Origin: a candidate division WOR-3 bacterium
Lineage (GTDB): Bacteria > Hydrothermota > Tepidihabitantia > Tepidihabitantales > Tepidihabitantaceae
NCBI GenBank assembly: GCA_965648905.1
Contig: CBFGIT010000006.1
Span: 32,001 to 96,000 of the forward strand
DNA length: 64,000 nt
Direction: 5' to 3'
The stretch's first letter is position 1; each line of letters opens with the position of its first letter. Under the pieces are notes generated by a model, which was given only the letters and a program-made list of their open reading frames with translations, searched no databases and was not told the origin of the DNA. Positions 8,438-18,900 of this stretch are shown here, one piece after another. A program made the translations under genes and the position numbers.

Positions 8438-10444
8438 CTAGGAGACCGAACTGCCCGGCGCAATCGGGCGGTCCGGCACGAGGAGCGCCATGCTGTCACT
8501 GCTGACCGCGGCCAGCAGCATGCCGTTCGACTCGACTCCGCGGATTCTTGCCGGCGCAAGATTGGTCACGACAACGATGCTCCGGCCCACCAGCTCTTCC
8601 GGTTTGTAGGCCCGGGCAATGCCCGCAACAATCTGACGCTGCTCAGTACCGAGGTCAATCTGGAGCTTGAGCAGTTTGTCGGCGCCGGGCACGGGCTCAG
8701 CCGAGACCACCCGGGCGACTTTGAGTTCCAGCTTCTTGAATTCATCAAACGAAATCATGTTCTTCTCCTTGGTTGGCGCTGCCGGCGGGGTCTCTTTCCG
8801 GCCGAGCTTGTCGACCTGAACCTTGATGGCCGCCTCGTCGATCTTGCCGAACAGGACCTCGACCGGCCCGAGCTCTACGGGCAGCTCGGCCCGGGCAGCA
8901 TCATCCCAGGTGCGCCGGCCCAGCCCGAGCATGGCTCCGAGTTTCCGACTGGTGTAGGGGAGAAACGGGTAGAGCAGCACTTCAAGACACGAAACCAGTC
9001 GCAGACAGGTAGTCATGGTTCGGTCACAGCGGTCGCGGTCCTGTTTGAAGCTCCGCCAGGGTGCCGAATAGTCAAAGTACCGATTGCCCCGGGCCGCAAG
9101 GGTCATTACCTCACGCGCCGCATCTTTGATGCGATAGCTGTCAATCAGCTCGCCGAGCCGCGCGGGCGCCGCCTCGATCGCCTTGAGGACCTCAAGTGAA
9201 CTCTCGTCGTCAGCGCTGACCCGCGGCACCCGACCTTGGTAGTTGTTCTTCAGGAACACCGCGACCCGGTTGACGAAGTTGCCCAGCACATCGGCCAGCT
9301 CGTTGTTGTTCCGGGCATGGAAGTCACGCCAGGTGAAATCCACGTCTCGGTTCTCAGGCAGGTTCACTGCCAGCGCATAACGCAGCGGGTCGGCGGCAAA
9401 CTGCTTCAGGTAGTCTGGCAGCCATACTGCCCAGTTGCGCGAAGTCGAGAGCTTGTCGCCTTCAAGGTTCAAGAACTCGTTGGCCGGGATGTCGGTCGGA
9501 AGCACAATGCCGCCGTGGGCCATGAGCATCGCCGGCCAGACAATTGCATGGAACACGATATTGTCCTTGCCGATGAAATGGACGAGCCGGGTGTTCTCGT
9601 CGTGCCAGTAGTCCTGCCATCGGTCCGGCTGTCCTTTCTGCTCGGCCCATTCTTTGGTCGAGGAGATATAGCCGATCGGCGCATCGAACCAGACATACAT
9701 CACCTTGCCTCTGGCCTCAGGCAAAGGCACTGGCACGCCCCAGGCGAGGTCGCGCGTGACCGAGCGGTCAGCCAGACCCCGGTCAAACCAGCCTTGGCAG
9801 AACCGTCTGACATTGGGCTTCAGGTTGTTCTTCGACCCGATCCAGTCCCGGAGTCGCGGCTCGAACTTCGACAGGGCAAAGAACCAGTGGGTTGTCTCCC
9901 GTACCTCTGGAGCAGCGCCGCAGGTCTTGCACTTCGGCCCGATGAGGTCGAAAGGCTCAATCCACTTGCCGCATGCCTCACACTGGTCTCCGCGTGCGCC
10001 CGGCGAGCCGCAGGCCGGACACGTCCCTTCCACGTACCGGTCGGCAAGAAACATCCGGCACCCCGGGCAATAGAGCTGGCGCGTGGTCTGGGGCTTCAAA
10101 AACCCCTGGTCATAGACCCGGAGAAAAAAGTCCTGGGCGGTACGGTGGTGTATCGGCAGCGAGGTCCGGGAGTAGTTGTCGAACTCGATGCCGAACTCCT
10201 CGAACGAGCGCTTGATTGACGGATGGAACCGGTCAACGATTTCGCGCGGGCCAACCCCGGTCTGCTGGGCTGCCAGGGTTATCGGCACGCCGTGCTCGTC
10301 CGAACCGCAGATATAGACCACGTCCGACCCTTTGAGTCGGTGGTATTTCACAAAGATGTCGGCGGGCAGATAAGCGCCGGCCAGGTGGCCGAAGTGGATT
10401 TCCCCGTTGGCATAAGGCAGGGCGCTTGTTACCAGAATCTTCAA
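8438..10444 (-). CDS. metG: Methionine--tRNA ligase with C-terminal tRNA-binding domain
   Basis: TSALPYANGEIHFGH, Zn knuckle CPGC/CPAC/CEAC/CKTC, YVWFDA, KLSTS, Trbp-like C-terminus. Start moved to TTG 10444. Confidence 0.96.
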   Translation of the reverse strand: MKILVTSALPYANGEIHFGHLAGAYLPADIFVKYHRLKGSDVVYICGSDEHGVPITLAAQQTGVGPREIVDRFHPSIKRSFEEFGIEFDNYSRTSLPIHHRTAQDFFLRVYDQGFLKPQTTRQLYCPGCRMFLADRYVEGTCPACGSPGARGDQCEACGKWIEPFDLIGPKCKTCGAAPEVRETTHWFFALSKFEPRLRDWIGSKNNLKPNVRRFCQGWFDRGLADRSVTRDLAWGVPVPLPEARGKVMYVWFDAPIGYISSTKEWAEQKGQPDRWQDYWHDENTRLVHFIGKDNIVFHAIVWPAMLMAHGGIVLPTDIPANEFLNLEGDKLSTSRNWAVWLPDYLKQFAADPLRYALAVNLPENRDVDFTWRDFHARNNNELADVLGNFVNRVAVFLKNNYQGRVPRVSADDESSLEVLKAIEAAPARLGELIDSYRIKDAAREVMTLAARGNRYFDYSAPWRSFKQDRDRCDRTMTTCLRLVSCLEVLLYPFLPYTSRKLGAMLGLGRRTWDDAARAELPVELGPVEVLFGKIDEAAIKVQVDKLGRKETPPAAPTKEKNMISFDEFKKLELKVARVVSAEPVPGADKLLKLQIDLGTEQRQIVAGIARAYKPEELVGRSIVVVTNLAPARIRGVESNGMLLAAVSSDSMALLVPDRPIAPGSSVS

Positions 10445-10451
10445 GTCGCAA

Positions 10452-10479
10452 AGGATACCCACCGGAGTCTCCAAGTCAA
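10452..10479 (-). promoter_or_regulatory. sigma70-like promoter of metG, probably leaderless
   Basis: Minus strand TTGACT-N16-TATCCT, 7 nt before the TTG start. Confidence 0.55.
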
Positions 10480-10490
10480 GCCGGTCAGAC

Positions 10491-10518
10491 TTGACCTTGG
10501 CCTGATTGTCCCTAGACT
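10491..10518 (+). promoter_or_regulatory. sigma70-like promoter of the receiver gene
   Basis: TTGACC-N16-TAGACT, 8 nt before ATG 10527. Confidence 0.55.
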
Positions 10519-10526
10519 GAGGCAGT

Positions 10527-10916
10527 ATGGATACGAAGAAGAAGCACATCTTCGTGATTGACGATGATGGCAGTGCGCGCCTGCTCCTGCGCAAGATACT
10601 TGAGCCGGCCGGCTATCGCGTGTCCGAGGCGAAGAACGCGCTTGAGGCTTTCAACATCGACCCGAAAGACCCGCCCGACCTTGTCCTGCTCGACCTGGCC
10701 ATGCCCGGCATCAGCGGCCACAAGGTTCTGGCTTCGTTCAAGTCGGACGCGAGCTTCAAGGCGCCGGTTCTCATTGTCTCGGCCCACACTGACCCGGACA
10801 GCACCCAGGCCGTGGCTGCGGCCGGTGCCGACGGGTTTGTCGCCAAGCCGGTACGACGTGAGCAGTTGCTTGCCATTGTTGCCGACCTGCTGGCCAAACG
10901 CGACGCACGGCCTTAA
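10527..10916 (+). CDS. Stand-alone response regulator receiver (CheY-like)
   Basis: IDDD, DLVLLDLAMPGISG, SA and KP receiver motifs. No output domain. Confidence 0.92.
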   Translation: MDTKKKHIFVIDDDGSARLLLRKILEPAGYRVSEAKNALEAFNIDPKDPPDLVLLDLAMPGISGHKVLASFKSDASFKAPVLIVSAHTDPDSTQAVAAAGADGFVAKPVRREQLLAIVADLLAKRDARP

Positions 10917-10999
10917 CCGACCTAGTCCGATTGGCACGAACGGTCAGATTGCCGGACTCGAACCACCCGGTCATAAGCCAGCATGAGGAGTTCTGAAGG

Positions 11000-11980
11000 A
11001 TGATACTTGCCGTTGCCGAACAGCGCGAAGGCGTGCTCAAGAAAGTGACGTTTGAGGCTCTGCTTGTCGGCTATGCGGCCGCCAGGCAGCGGAACGAGGA
11101 ACTTGCTGCGGTTGTTGTCGGCTCAGATGTCGCCGGTCTCGCCAATCAGATTATCCGGTTCGGTGTGTCCCGGGTCCTGACGCTCGACACACCTGAACTC
11201 GAATACTACACTCCGGACCGCTGGGCCGGCGCAATCGCCGAGCTGTGTCAGGAGTTAGAGCCTTCGCTGATTGTCACCAGCGCCACGCTCCAGGGTCGGG
11301 ACCTTTCCGCCTCGCTTGCTGCCCGGCTCGAATCGGTGCTGGTTCCCGACTGCATCGCCTTTGAGTTTGACGAGCAGGGCCGGCTGATCCTCACCCGTCC
11401 CATTTACGCCGGCAAGGCGCTCACTCGGGTCAGGACTCCGGCCGACGGCACGGTTGTCATCTCGATGCGGCCACGCGCGGTCGGGTCCCAGCCCGAGACC
11501 GGAACCGAGGCCCCGGTCGTTGCCGCGAATCTGAAGCCGGCTGAGTTCCGCACGCGGGTCGCGGAAATCGTCCGTGCCGTGACCAAGACGGTCGAGCTCA
11601 CTGAGGCTGATATTGTCGTCTCGGGCGGCCGGGGCATGAAAGGTCCGGAGAACTACGTGATTCTCGAAGAACTGGCCCAGGTTGTCGGCGCCGCGGTCGG
11701 CGCCTCGCGTGCCGCCGTGGATGCGGGCTGGCGCGACCACCAGTTTCAGGTCGGGCAAACCGGCAAGACCGTTGCTCCCTCGCTCTACATCGCCTGCGGC
11801 ATATCCGGCGCGATACAGCATCTGGTCGGCATGATCAATTCCAGGTGCATCGTTGCCATCAACAAGGACGCCGAAGCGAACATCTTCAAGGTCGCGGACT
11901 ACGGCATTGTCGGCGACCTCTTCACGGTCGTGCCGATGCTCACCGAGGAGTTCAGGAAACTGAAAGCTCAGGGAGGCTAG
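11000..11980 (+). CDS. etfA: Electron transfer flavoprotein alpha subunit
   Basis: ADIVVSGGRG, GASRAAVDAGW, QVGQTGK, GISGAIQH and AINKD motifs. Confidence 0.95.
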   Translation: MILAVAEQREGVLKKVTFEALLVGYAAARQRNEELAAVVVGSDVAGLANQIIRFGVSRVLTLDTPELEYYTPDRWAGAIAELCQELEPSLIVTSATLQGRDLSASLAARLESVLVPDCIAFEFDEQGRLILTRPIYAGKALTRVRTPADGTVVISMRPRAVGSQPETGTEAPVVAANLKPAEFRTRVAEIVRAVTKTVELTEADIVVSGGRGMKGPENYVILEELAQVVGAAVGASRAAVDAGWRDHQFQVGQTGKTVAPSLYIACGISGAIQHLVGMINSRCIVAINKDAEANIFKVADYGIVGDLFTVVPMLTEEFRKLKAQGG

Positions 11981-12012
11981 GCTGCTCGTCGGCCCGGCCG
12001 GCTCCGGCACAC

Positions 12013-12462
12013 ATGCCTAACACCAAGCAGACCGACGTCGCCGAAGTCTTCGATGTTCTGGCTCGGGTGCTCGACATCTCGGAACCACCGGTAGCCCGAT
12101 GCCGCTTGCTCTCCTCAGGCTTTGGCCCTTCGCACATGCTCAAGACCGAGGCGGAACTGACCGGAACCAGGGCCTGTCTGGGGTGCGGCAACTGCGTCGA
12201 CATCTGCTCCCTGCTTGCTCGCGAGCCGGCCCGACTGAAGAAGACCGCTCAGCGCACCTCGCTTGCGCTTGAGACCATGGTCGGCACTGACTGCGACCGC
12301 TGCTATGCCTGTGTCATGTCCTGCCCGCAGGTTGATACGACTCTGAAGCACTACATCGTTCGCACGCGTACGGTCGAGCAGATGAAGCACCTGCTTGAGC
12401 GGCTGGCACCGACCGACGACTACTACCTGGATGCTTTCCTTGAGGAGGCAGAGAATGGCTGA
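12013..12462 (+). CDS. Small 4Fe-4S dicluster protein
   Basis: CLGCGNCVDIC and CDRCYACVMSCP motifs. Start moved to ATG 12013, after the etfA stop. Confidence 0.8.
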   Translation: MPNTKQTDVAEVFDVLARVLDISEPPVARCRLLSSGFGPSHMLKTEAELTGTRACLGCGNCVDICSLLAREPARLKKTAQRTSLALETMVGTDCDRCYACVMSCPQVDTTLKHYIVRTRTVEQMKHLLERLAPTDDYYLDAFLEEAENG

Positions 12463-13141
12463 GGCCAACCTGATTGACATCTACATTACCGGCGAGCATC
12501 ACCAGGTCCCGGATTCGCTCACCATCCTGCAGGCGTTTGAGTACGCCGGGTACAAGCTGGTGCGCGGAGTCGGGTGCCGGGGCGGGTTCTGCGGCGCCTG
12601 CGCCACGGTTTACCGCCTGCCCGGTGACTACCATCTCAAGTTCGCGCTCGCCTGTCAGACCAAAGTCGAACCCGGCATGCAACTGGCAATGGTGCCCTTC
12701 TACCCGGCGCACCGTTCGAGCTACCGATTATCCGAGCTCAAGGGCGAACCACGCGAAGTCCTGGACCTTTACCCTGAGCTGCTCCGCTGTTTTGGCTGTA
12801 ACACCTGCACCAAGTCCTGCCCACAGGACATCGACGTGCTCGGCTACGTCTCGGCGATGGTACGAGGCGACATCCCGGCTGCGGCCGACATCTCATTTGA
12901 CTGCACCATGTGCGGGCTGTGTGTTTCCCGCTGCCCGGCGGAACTCGTGAAACACAACGCGGCCCTGCTCTGCCGGCGCATCTACGGTCGCAATCTCGCG
13001 CCCCGGTCTGCGCATCTGGCGAAGCGCTGCGACGAAATCAAGGCCGGGAAGTTCAAAGAAGATATGGCTGCGTCCAAGAAGCTCTCCAAAGAAGAGCTGA
13101 AGAAACGTTATGCTGCCCGCGACATCGAACCTGGCGAGTAA
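12455..13141 (+). CDS. SdhB/FrdB-like iron-sulfur protein (2Fe-2S plus 2x 4Fe-4S)
   Basis: CRGGFCGAC...LAC, CFGCNTCTKSCP and CTMCGLCVSRCP motifs. GAGGAGG RBS before ATG 12455. Confidence 0.88.
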   Translation: MAEANLIDIYITGEHHQVPDSLTILQAFEYAGYKLVRGVGCRGGFCGACATVYRLPGDYHLKFALACQTKVEPGMQLAMVPFYPAHRSSYRLSELKGEPREVLDLYPELLRCFGCNTCTKSCPQDIDVLGYVSAMVRGDIPAAADISFDCTMCGLCVSRCPAELVKHNAALLCRRIYGRNLAPRSAHLAKRCDEIKAGKFKEDMAASKKLSKEELKKRYAARDIEPGE

Positions 13142-13150
13142 GGAGCGACG

Positions 13151-14755
13151 ATGAGCTATCCATCTTCAATGCAGGATTCGCTGGCCAAGGTCGTCGCTTC
13201 CCGCGAGCGGAGAATGTCCGAGCAGTTCCCCAGGGCGACCGCGGAGGAGAAAGAACAAGTCCTGAAAGAGAACCACCCGGACTACCGGGCGGAGACATTT
13301 GCCACCGTGCGGGTCGGGCCCAATGCCGGTGACCGGACGCCGAAAGAGCTGGCACTGCTGCTTGAGGCCGACAGTCTGCTCGACCCGGCGCAGATGAAAC
13401 TCGATTCGCCTGACTACCTGGCGGACGTACTTGTCATCGGCGGCGGCGGAGCCGGGTGTGCTGCTGCCATTATGGCGGACTCAGCCGGCGCATCGGTCCT
13501 GATTGCGACCAAGCTCAGGCTCGGCGACGCCAACACGATGATGGCGCAGGGCGGGATTCAGGCCGCGGACAAGGAGAACGACTCGCCGCTGACACACTAC
13601 CTCGATGTGATGGGCGGCGGTCACTTCGCGAACGACCCAGACCTGGTCGAAGCACTGGTGACCGACGCACCGGAGTCGCTCGCCTGGCTCGAGAGTCTGG
13701 GCGCAATGTTCGACAAGAATCCGGACGGCTCAATGAAGACCATCCACGGCGGTGGCACCTCACGCCGACGGATGCACACGGCCCGCGACTACACCGGCGC
13801 CGAGATCATGCGCACTCTGCGCGACGAAGTCCGCTCGCGCGACCGGATCACGATTCTTGAGTTCTCACCCGCGGTCGAACTGCTGACCGACGGCAGCACA
13901 GTGACCGGCGCGGTCCTGCAGAATCTGAATCTCGGTCGTTACACCGTGGTCCGGGCCAAGACGGTCATCATCGCGACCGGCGGCTCAGGCCGGCTCCACT
14001 ACCAGGGTTTTCCGACGTCGAATCACTACGGCGCGACGGCCGACGGCCTGGTCCTCGCCTACCGCGCAGGCGCACGCCTTGCGTTCATCGACACAATGCA
14101 GTACCACCCGACCGGCGCGGCATTTCCGCAGCAGATTCTCGGTCTGCTTGTCACCGAGAAGGTTCGCTCCATCGGCGCCCAACTGGTCAACTCCGATGGC
14201 GAGCAGTTCATCTTCCCTTTGGAGACCCGCGACGTCGTCGCCTCGGCGATTATCCGCGAGTGCGGCCGGGGTAAGTGCATTACTACGCCAACCGGGGTTC
14301 AAGGGGTCTGGCTCGATACGCCGATGATTGAAATCAGGCGTGGCCCGGGCACGGTCAAGCGTGAACTGCCGGCGATGGTGCGCCAGTTCGGTCGGCATGG
14401 CATCGACATCGCCAGGGAGCCGATGCTCGTCTACCCGACGCTCCACTACCAGAACGGCGGCGTCGAAATCAAGCCGGACTGCACCACCTCGGTTCCGTAC
14501 CTGCTGGTGGCCGGCGAAGCGTCCGGCGGCGTTCACGGCCGGAACCGGCTGATGGGCAACTCGCTGCTCGATGTTATCGTGTTCGGCCGCAGGGCAGGCA
14601 CGGCTGCGGCAATCGCGGCTCAGGAACGCAAGGGCGATATCAAGCTTGGTCTTGCTCATGTCGAACGCTGGCGCGCGGAACTGAAGGCCAAAGGCCTGAC
14701 CCCTGAGGTCAAGTCACCCCTGCTCCTGCCGGACTACACCCGCAAGGAACCCTGA
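13151..14755 (+). CDS. SdhA/FrdA/NadB-family flavoprotein
   Basis: GGGGAG, AQGG, ATGG, QYHPT, TRDVV, HYQNGG and HGRNRLMGNSL motifs. Confidence 0.9.
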   Translation: MSYPSSMQDSLAKVVASRERRMSEQFPRATAEEKEQVLKENHPDYRAETFATVRVGPNAGDRTPKELALLLEADSLLDPAQMKLDSPDYLADVLVIGGGGAGCAAAIMADSAGASVLIATKLRLGDANTMMAQGGIQAADKENDSPLTHYLDVMGGGHFANDPDLVEALVTDAPESLAWLESLGAMFDKNPDGSMKTIHGGGTSRRRMHTARDYTGAEIMRTLRDEVRSRDRITILEFSPAVELLTDGSTVTGAVLQNLNLGRYTVVRAKTVIIATGGSGRLHYQGFPTSNHYGATADGLVLAYRAGARLAFIDTMQYHPTGAAFPQQILGLLVTEKVRSIGAQLVNSDGEQFIFPLETRDVVASAIIRECGRGKCITTPTGVQGVWLDTPMIEIRRGPGTVKRELPAMVRQFGRHGIDIAREPMLVYPTLHYQNGGVEIKPDCTTSVPYLLVAGEASGGVHGRNRLMGNSLLDVIVFGRRAGTAAAIAAQERKGDIKLGLAHVERWRAELKAKGLTPEVKSPLLLPDYTRKEP

Positions 14756-14782
14756 TGTCCTCCACTCAATTGCCCTCCTGAG

Positions 14783-15862
14783 ATGGACTTCTGCTTGTCC
14801 GAAGACGCCGAAATGGTCCGTCAGACCGCGCACGAGTTTGTTCGGCGCGACCTGCTGCCCCACGAATCCAAGTTCCTGAACACCAAAGACGAGGCTGAGC
14901 GCAGGGCAATGGTCCAGGCGGCGACCGAAAGCCTGAGAGAGATGGGCCTTTACTCGGCTGGCGTGCCTGAGGAGTTTGGTGGCGGCGGGCTCGGGCCAGT
15001 CGAGACTTGTCTTATCGCGGAAGAACTCGCCCACACGTTGATACCCGTCGAGTGGGGCGAGCTGACACCCCTGCTCTACGAATGCTCTGACGCCCAGCAG
15101 GCTGCGTTCCTCAAGCCAGTAGTCGAAGGCACTAAGACCTACGCGCTCGCGTTCCAGGAACCCGAGCGTTTTCGTGACCCGGCGTCGATGAAGGCGACTG
15201 CTGTCGCCAGGGAACACAACTATGTCCTGAACGGCACCAAGCTGCTTTCGCGTGCCGGCGCTGACTTCGCACTCGTGTTCGTGAAGGCACCAGAAGGTCC
15301 GACCTGCTTCCTTGTGGACTCGGAGACGGCGAATGGCGAAGTGCGAGAGGCGAACGGCGTCCCGGTGCTTGCCCTGTCCGGTTGTGCGGTCAGCCAAGAC
15401 CGGATGCTGGGTCAGCCCGGCAAGGCACTGCAGCTCGGCCGCAAGTGGTTTCCACTCGCCCGCATCACGCGAGCTGCTGCCATTCTTGGTGCCTGCGACC
15501 GACTGCTTGAGGTCAACGCCCAGTATGCCCACGACTGGAACTCGCTCGGCCGGCCGATTCACGAACGCGCCTCAATCCAGCAGGCCATTGCCGACATGGC
15601 CGGTGACGTCGAAGCCCTGCGCTGGCTGGTCTATCATGCTGCCTGGCTTGCATCTGAGGGCAAGAAGGTCGACTATGACTCGATGCTGGTGAAGGTCCAA
15701 GCGCATAAGGTCCTCACCGACACAATCAACCGCTCGGTTCGCATCCACGGCGGGACAATGCCAGCGATTGCCGAATGGCTCTCCAAAGCCGCATCCGACG
15801 ATGCCTCCGACGTCCTTCGGTTCGCGGTGAGCCGCGAGACCATCTCGCGCCTGCTCCCTTAG
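14783..15862 (+). CDS. Acyl-CoA dehydrogenase-like protein with a divergent C-terminus
   Basis: VPEEFGGGGLG, AFQEP, YVLNGTK, IQQAIADM and RIHGG motifs. The usual RD..I.EG tail is missing. Confidence 0.82.
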   Translation: MDFCLSEDAEMVRQTAHEFVRRDLLPHESKFLNTKDEAERRAMVQAATESLREMGLYSAGVPEEFGGGGLGPVETCLIAEELAHTLIPVEWGELTPLLYECSDAQQAAFLKPVVEGTKTYALAFQEPERFRDPASMKATAVAREHNYVLNGTKLLSRAGADFALVFVKAPEGPTCFLVDSETANGEVREANGVPVLALSGCAVSQDRMLGQPGKALQLGRKWFPLARITRAAAILGACDRLLEVNAQYAHDWNSLGRPIHERASIQQAIADMAGDVEALRWLVYHAAWLASEGKKVDYDSMLVKVQAHKVLTDTINRSVRIHGGTMPAIAEWLSKAASDDASDVLRFAVSRETISRLLP

Positions 15863-15882
15863 GCCGCTGCGACAGACATCCG

Positions 15883-15916
15883 AAAAAACTGCCGGGGCAG
15901 AGAACCTGCCCCGGCA
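15883..15916 (-). terminator. Intrinsic terminator between convergent genes
   Basis: TGCCGGGGCAG/CTGCCCCGGCA stem with a T6 tract on the minus strand. Confidence 0.8.
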
Positions 15917-15934
15917 ATGGTATCTGGCTTCTAA

Positions 15935-18900
15935 CTAGCGGACTACAAGTTTGCTGCTCAGGGTCTTGTCCTGAGTCGCGAGCTTGCAGAAGTAGACGCC
16001 TTTGGCCACGGCCTGACCGTTGTTGTCGTCCAGGTTCCAGACCAGGCTGTTGACCCCGGCCTTGACCTTGCCATGGAACAACGTGCGGACCAGCCGTCCG
16101 CTCTGGTCATAGACGGCGAGTTGAATTGGCCCGCCCGACGCAACAGCATAGCTGACCTTGGCCTGGAACTGAGCCGGATTGGGCGTGGCCTGCAAAGCCA
16201 CGTGCAGCACCGGAGCAAGCGGGTCCAGCCCGTCGATGCCGGTCGCCCCGCCCGACACGAACATCAGGGCGTTGTGGATGACCAGGGCCCAGTCGCCCTG
16301 ACGCTCCGGCGTCGAGTACGAGCCCGGATACATGTTCGTACCCGCGACCTTCTGATTCGAACTCACGGCCACATAAGGCCGACCATCGCTCCAGCGTGCG
16401 ACCGACTCCGCGGTCGAGATGAACGTGCCTGAGGCCATGAACTGGTCCTGCACCGAGCTGACCCCGGCCATGATTGGATGGGCAGGGTTGGTCCAGCCCA
16501 GTCCTGAGGCCTGGTGGGTGTTCGTGCCCGGGTTGATGGTTGCGTAGGCACCGGTCATGACCCGGCCGGCCATCGCCCAGCCCGAAGTATACGAGAAGTT
16601 GGCAAGCACCACGCCGCCGCCCGCATCAACGTAATCGGCCAGCACGTCGCCCAGCCCGGACGGACTCTGGTAGGGGTAGTTCGAATGGGCGCCGACCGCG
16701 TCGTACGACTGCAACTGCTGCAAGGTCGGGGTCCCGGTCTGACCGTCGAAGTAGTCAACCGAGTCACCCAGGGCCTGGAGTCTGACCCCGAGGGTCGTGT
16801 CAGGGGCGCCGTAGTCAGAGTAGATCCAGAGCACCCGAATCTGCTCGACCGCGGTCGTCGTAATGTGCATGGTATCATTCCGGCGGTTCTCGTCGGGCGG
16901 GCAGTTGTGGAACATCGTCACCAGGTAGCTCGTGCCTGAATCACCGACCTGCCATGAGCTCGGAAACGCCAGGCTGCGTGTTCCCATCTCGGGCACGCTG
17001 TCAACCGCGACCGAGTCGGAGTAGACGCTGGTCCCGGCTGAGTCGATGCGGCAGTATGCCATGAAGCCGCGCTCGGTGTAGTCGGTCGAACGCAACGTGA
17101 TCCGCGGCGTCACCGCGGTGTTGGCCCGCACCCTGGTTCCGATATTTGCACCGGCCACCGACACGTCGTGGCCCCGCGTCGTGGTTGACTTGCGGAGCGT
17201 GTCATTGCGGCGGTTGGTGTCGGGTGAGTAGAAATGCCAGAAGGTCAGGTCATAGGTTTGGGAACCCGGCCCGACGTTCCAGTTCGGGAAGGTCACGGTA
17301 TCGACCCCGGCCGAGTCGAGCAGGGTTATCGTTGCGCTCTGAGTATAAATCGTCGTACCCAGTGATTCGACCTGGCAGTGGACCTGCACGTTCGGCTCGG
17401 GATAGGTTCCCCGGTTCTTGACGATGCAGACCGGAGCCAGCGGCGTGCGCGGCTCGATCTTGTCCAGCGGCGCCACGACCTTGTCCATCGCCACGTCGTG
17501 CCGCGGCCCGGGCAGGGGCGTGTTCTCGATGCAGCGCATCGCATCGATGCGGCCCGTGCCGTAGGTGTTGTTCTTGGGCTGGGTCCCGCGCGGCAGCACC
17601 GAGTTCTGCATTATCTCGTCGACGTCCTCGGGCAGCAGACTCGGGTTCTTCTCCAGCATCAGGGCACAAACCCCGGCCGCGCACGGCGTCGCCATCGAAG
17701 TTCCGGACATCTGGGTATAGCCGCCGCCCAGTCGAGTCGAGGTAATGTCCACACCGGGCGCAGAGAAGCTGGGCTTGAGAAGTCCGGGCGGGTAGTGGTA
17801 GTCAAAGTATGGGTCGATCGTGTCCCAGGTCACCGGGCCCCAGGAAGTGAAAGACGCGTAGTTGTCGTTGTTGTCGGTTGCACCGATTGAGATTGAACCG
17901 GACAGGCCGCCGGTGGTATCGGCCGGATGCTTCCACGGGTCCGGGCAGTGGCCCGGGCAGCGCAGATTGTACGGCGGACTCGAAGAACCCTCGTTGCCCG
18001 CGGCGATGAAGTAAGGCAGGCCTGCGGCCGCGACGTTGGTGACCGCCGCACGCCAGACTGCCTGACGCGGACTCCATGAGCGGATGATCCAGCCGAGGCT
18101 CATGGTCAGCAGGTGCGCGTGATTCGCCGGCGACAAGGGCGGCGCGACGCAGAACTGCATCGAGTTCAGCACGGTGTTCTCGGCAATCGTGTCCGGGTAT
18201 GGCTGGCTGATGCTGGTCTTGGTCCTAGTGCTCATTATCTGCGCTTTCGGAGCCATGCCGGTCGTGTCGCCGCCGGTCCCATTACCGGCAACAGTGCCGC
18301 AGGTGTGCGTGCCGTGGCCGTGCGCGTCCATCGGGTTGTTGTTGTTCTGCTCGAAGTTCCAGCCGTGGTACGGGTAGTTCGGGTCGGTCCACATGTGCCC
18401 GGCCAGATCCGGGTGGGTGTAGTCGCAACCGGTGTCGATGTCGCCGACGATTACGCCTTCGCCGGTGTAGCCGTAGACGTACCAGACCGAATCAGCTTTC
18501 ACCTTGCGCACGTTCCACTCGACCGTGAACGTGCCATCGGTCACGTCCCGGGCACTCGTTGCCGGCGCAAGACCCAGTGCGTTCTCGGTCGGGATGAGGT
18601 CCCACTGCACGAACCAGACCTCGTCCCGGTCGGCCATGCGGTTGATTACCTCGGGCGTTGCTTCGCAGTAGACCGCGTTGACAATCCATAGCGGCCGGAT
18701 TTCAGCGACCTTGCCCGACGCCTCGAACGAGCGCAGCTCGGACAGCAGTCCGGCCTGGTCAAGCGCGGCCATCTCCTTGAGCGCGTTGACCGTGGTTTCC
18801 CAGCGCTGCGGTTTGTCCTTTATCGTCCGGATGATGTTCTCGCCATCGAGCTGGTGCTTGAGGGCAATCAAAACCCCAAGCCGCTCAAGCCCGTCAACAC

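Noticed and set aside
10931..10952. TTGGCACG upstream of etfA as a sigma54 promoter
   Set aside because: The -24 element is good but the position 10 nt after GG reads CA, not GC. The nearby TTGC is too far away.
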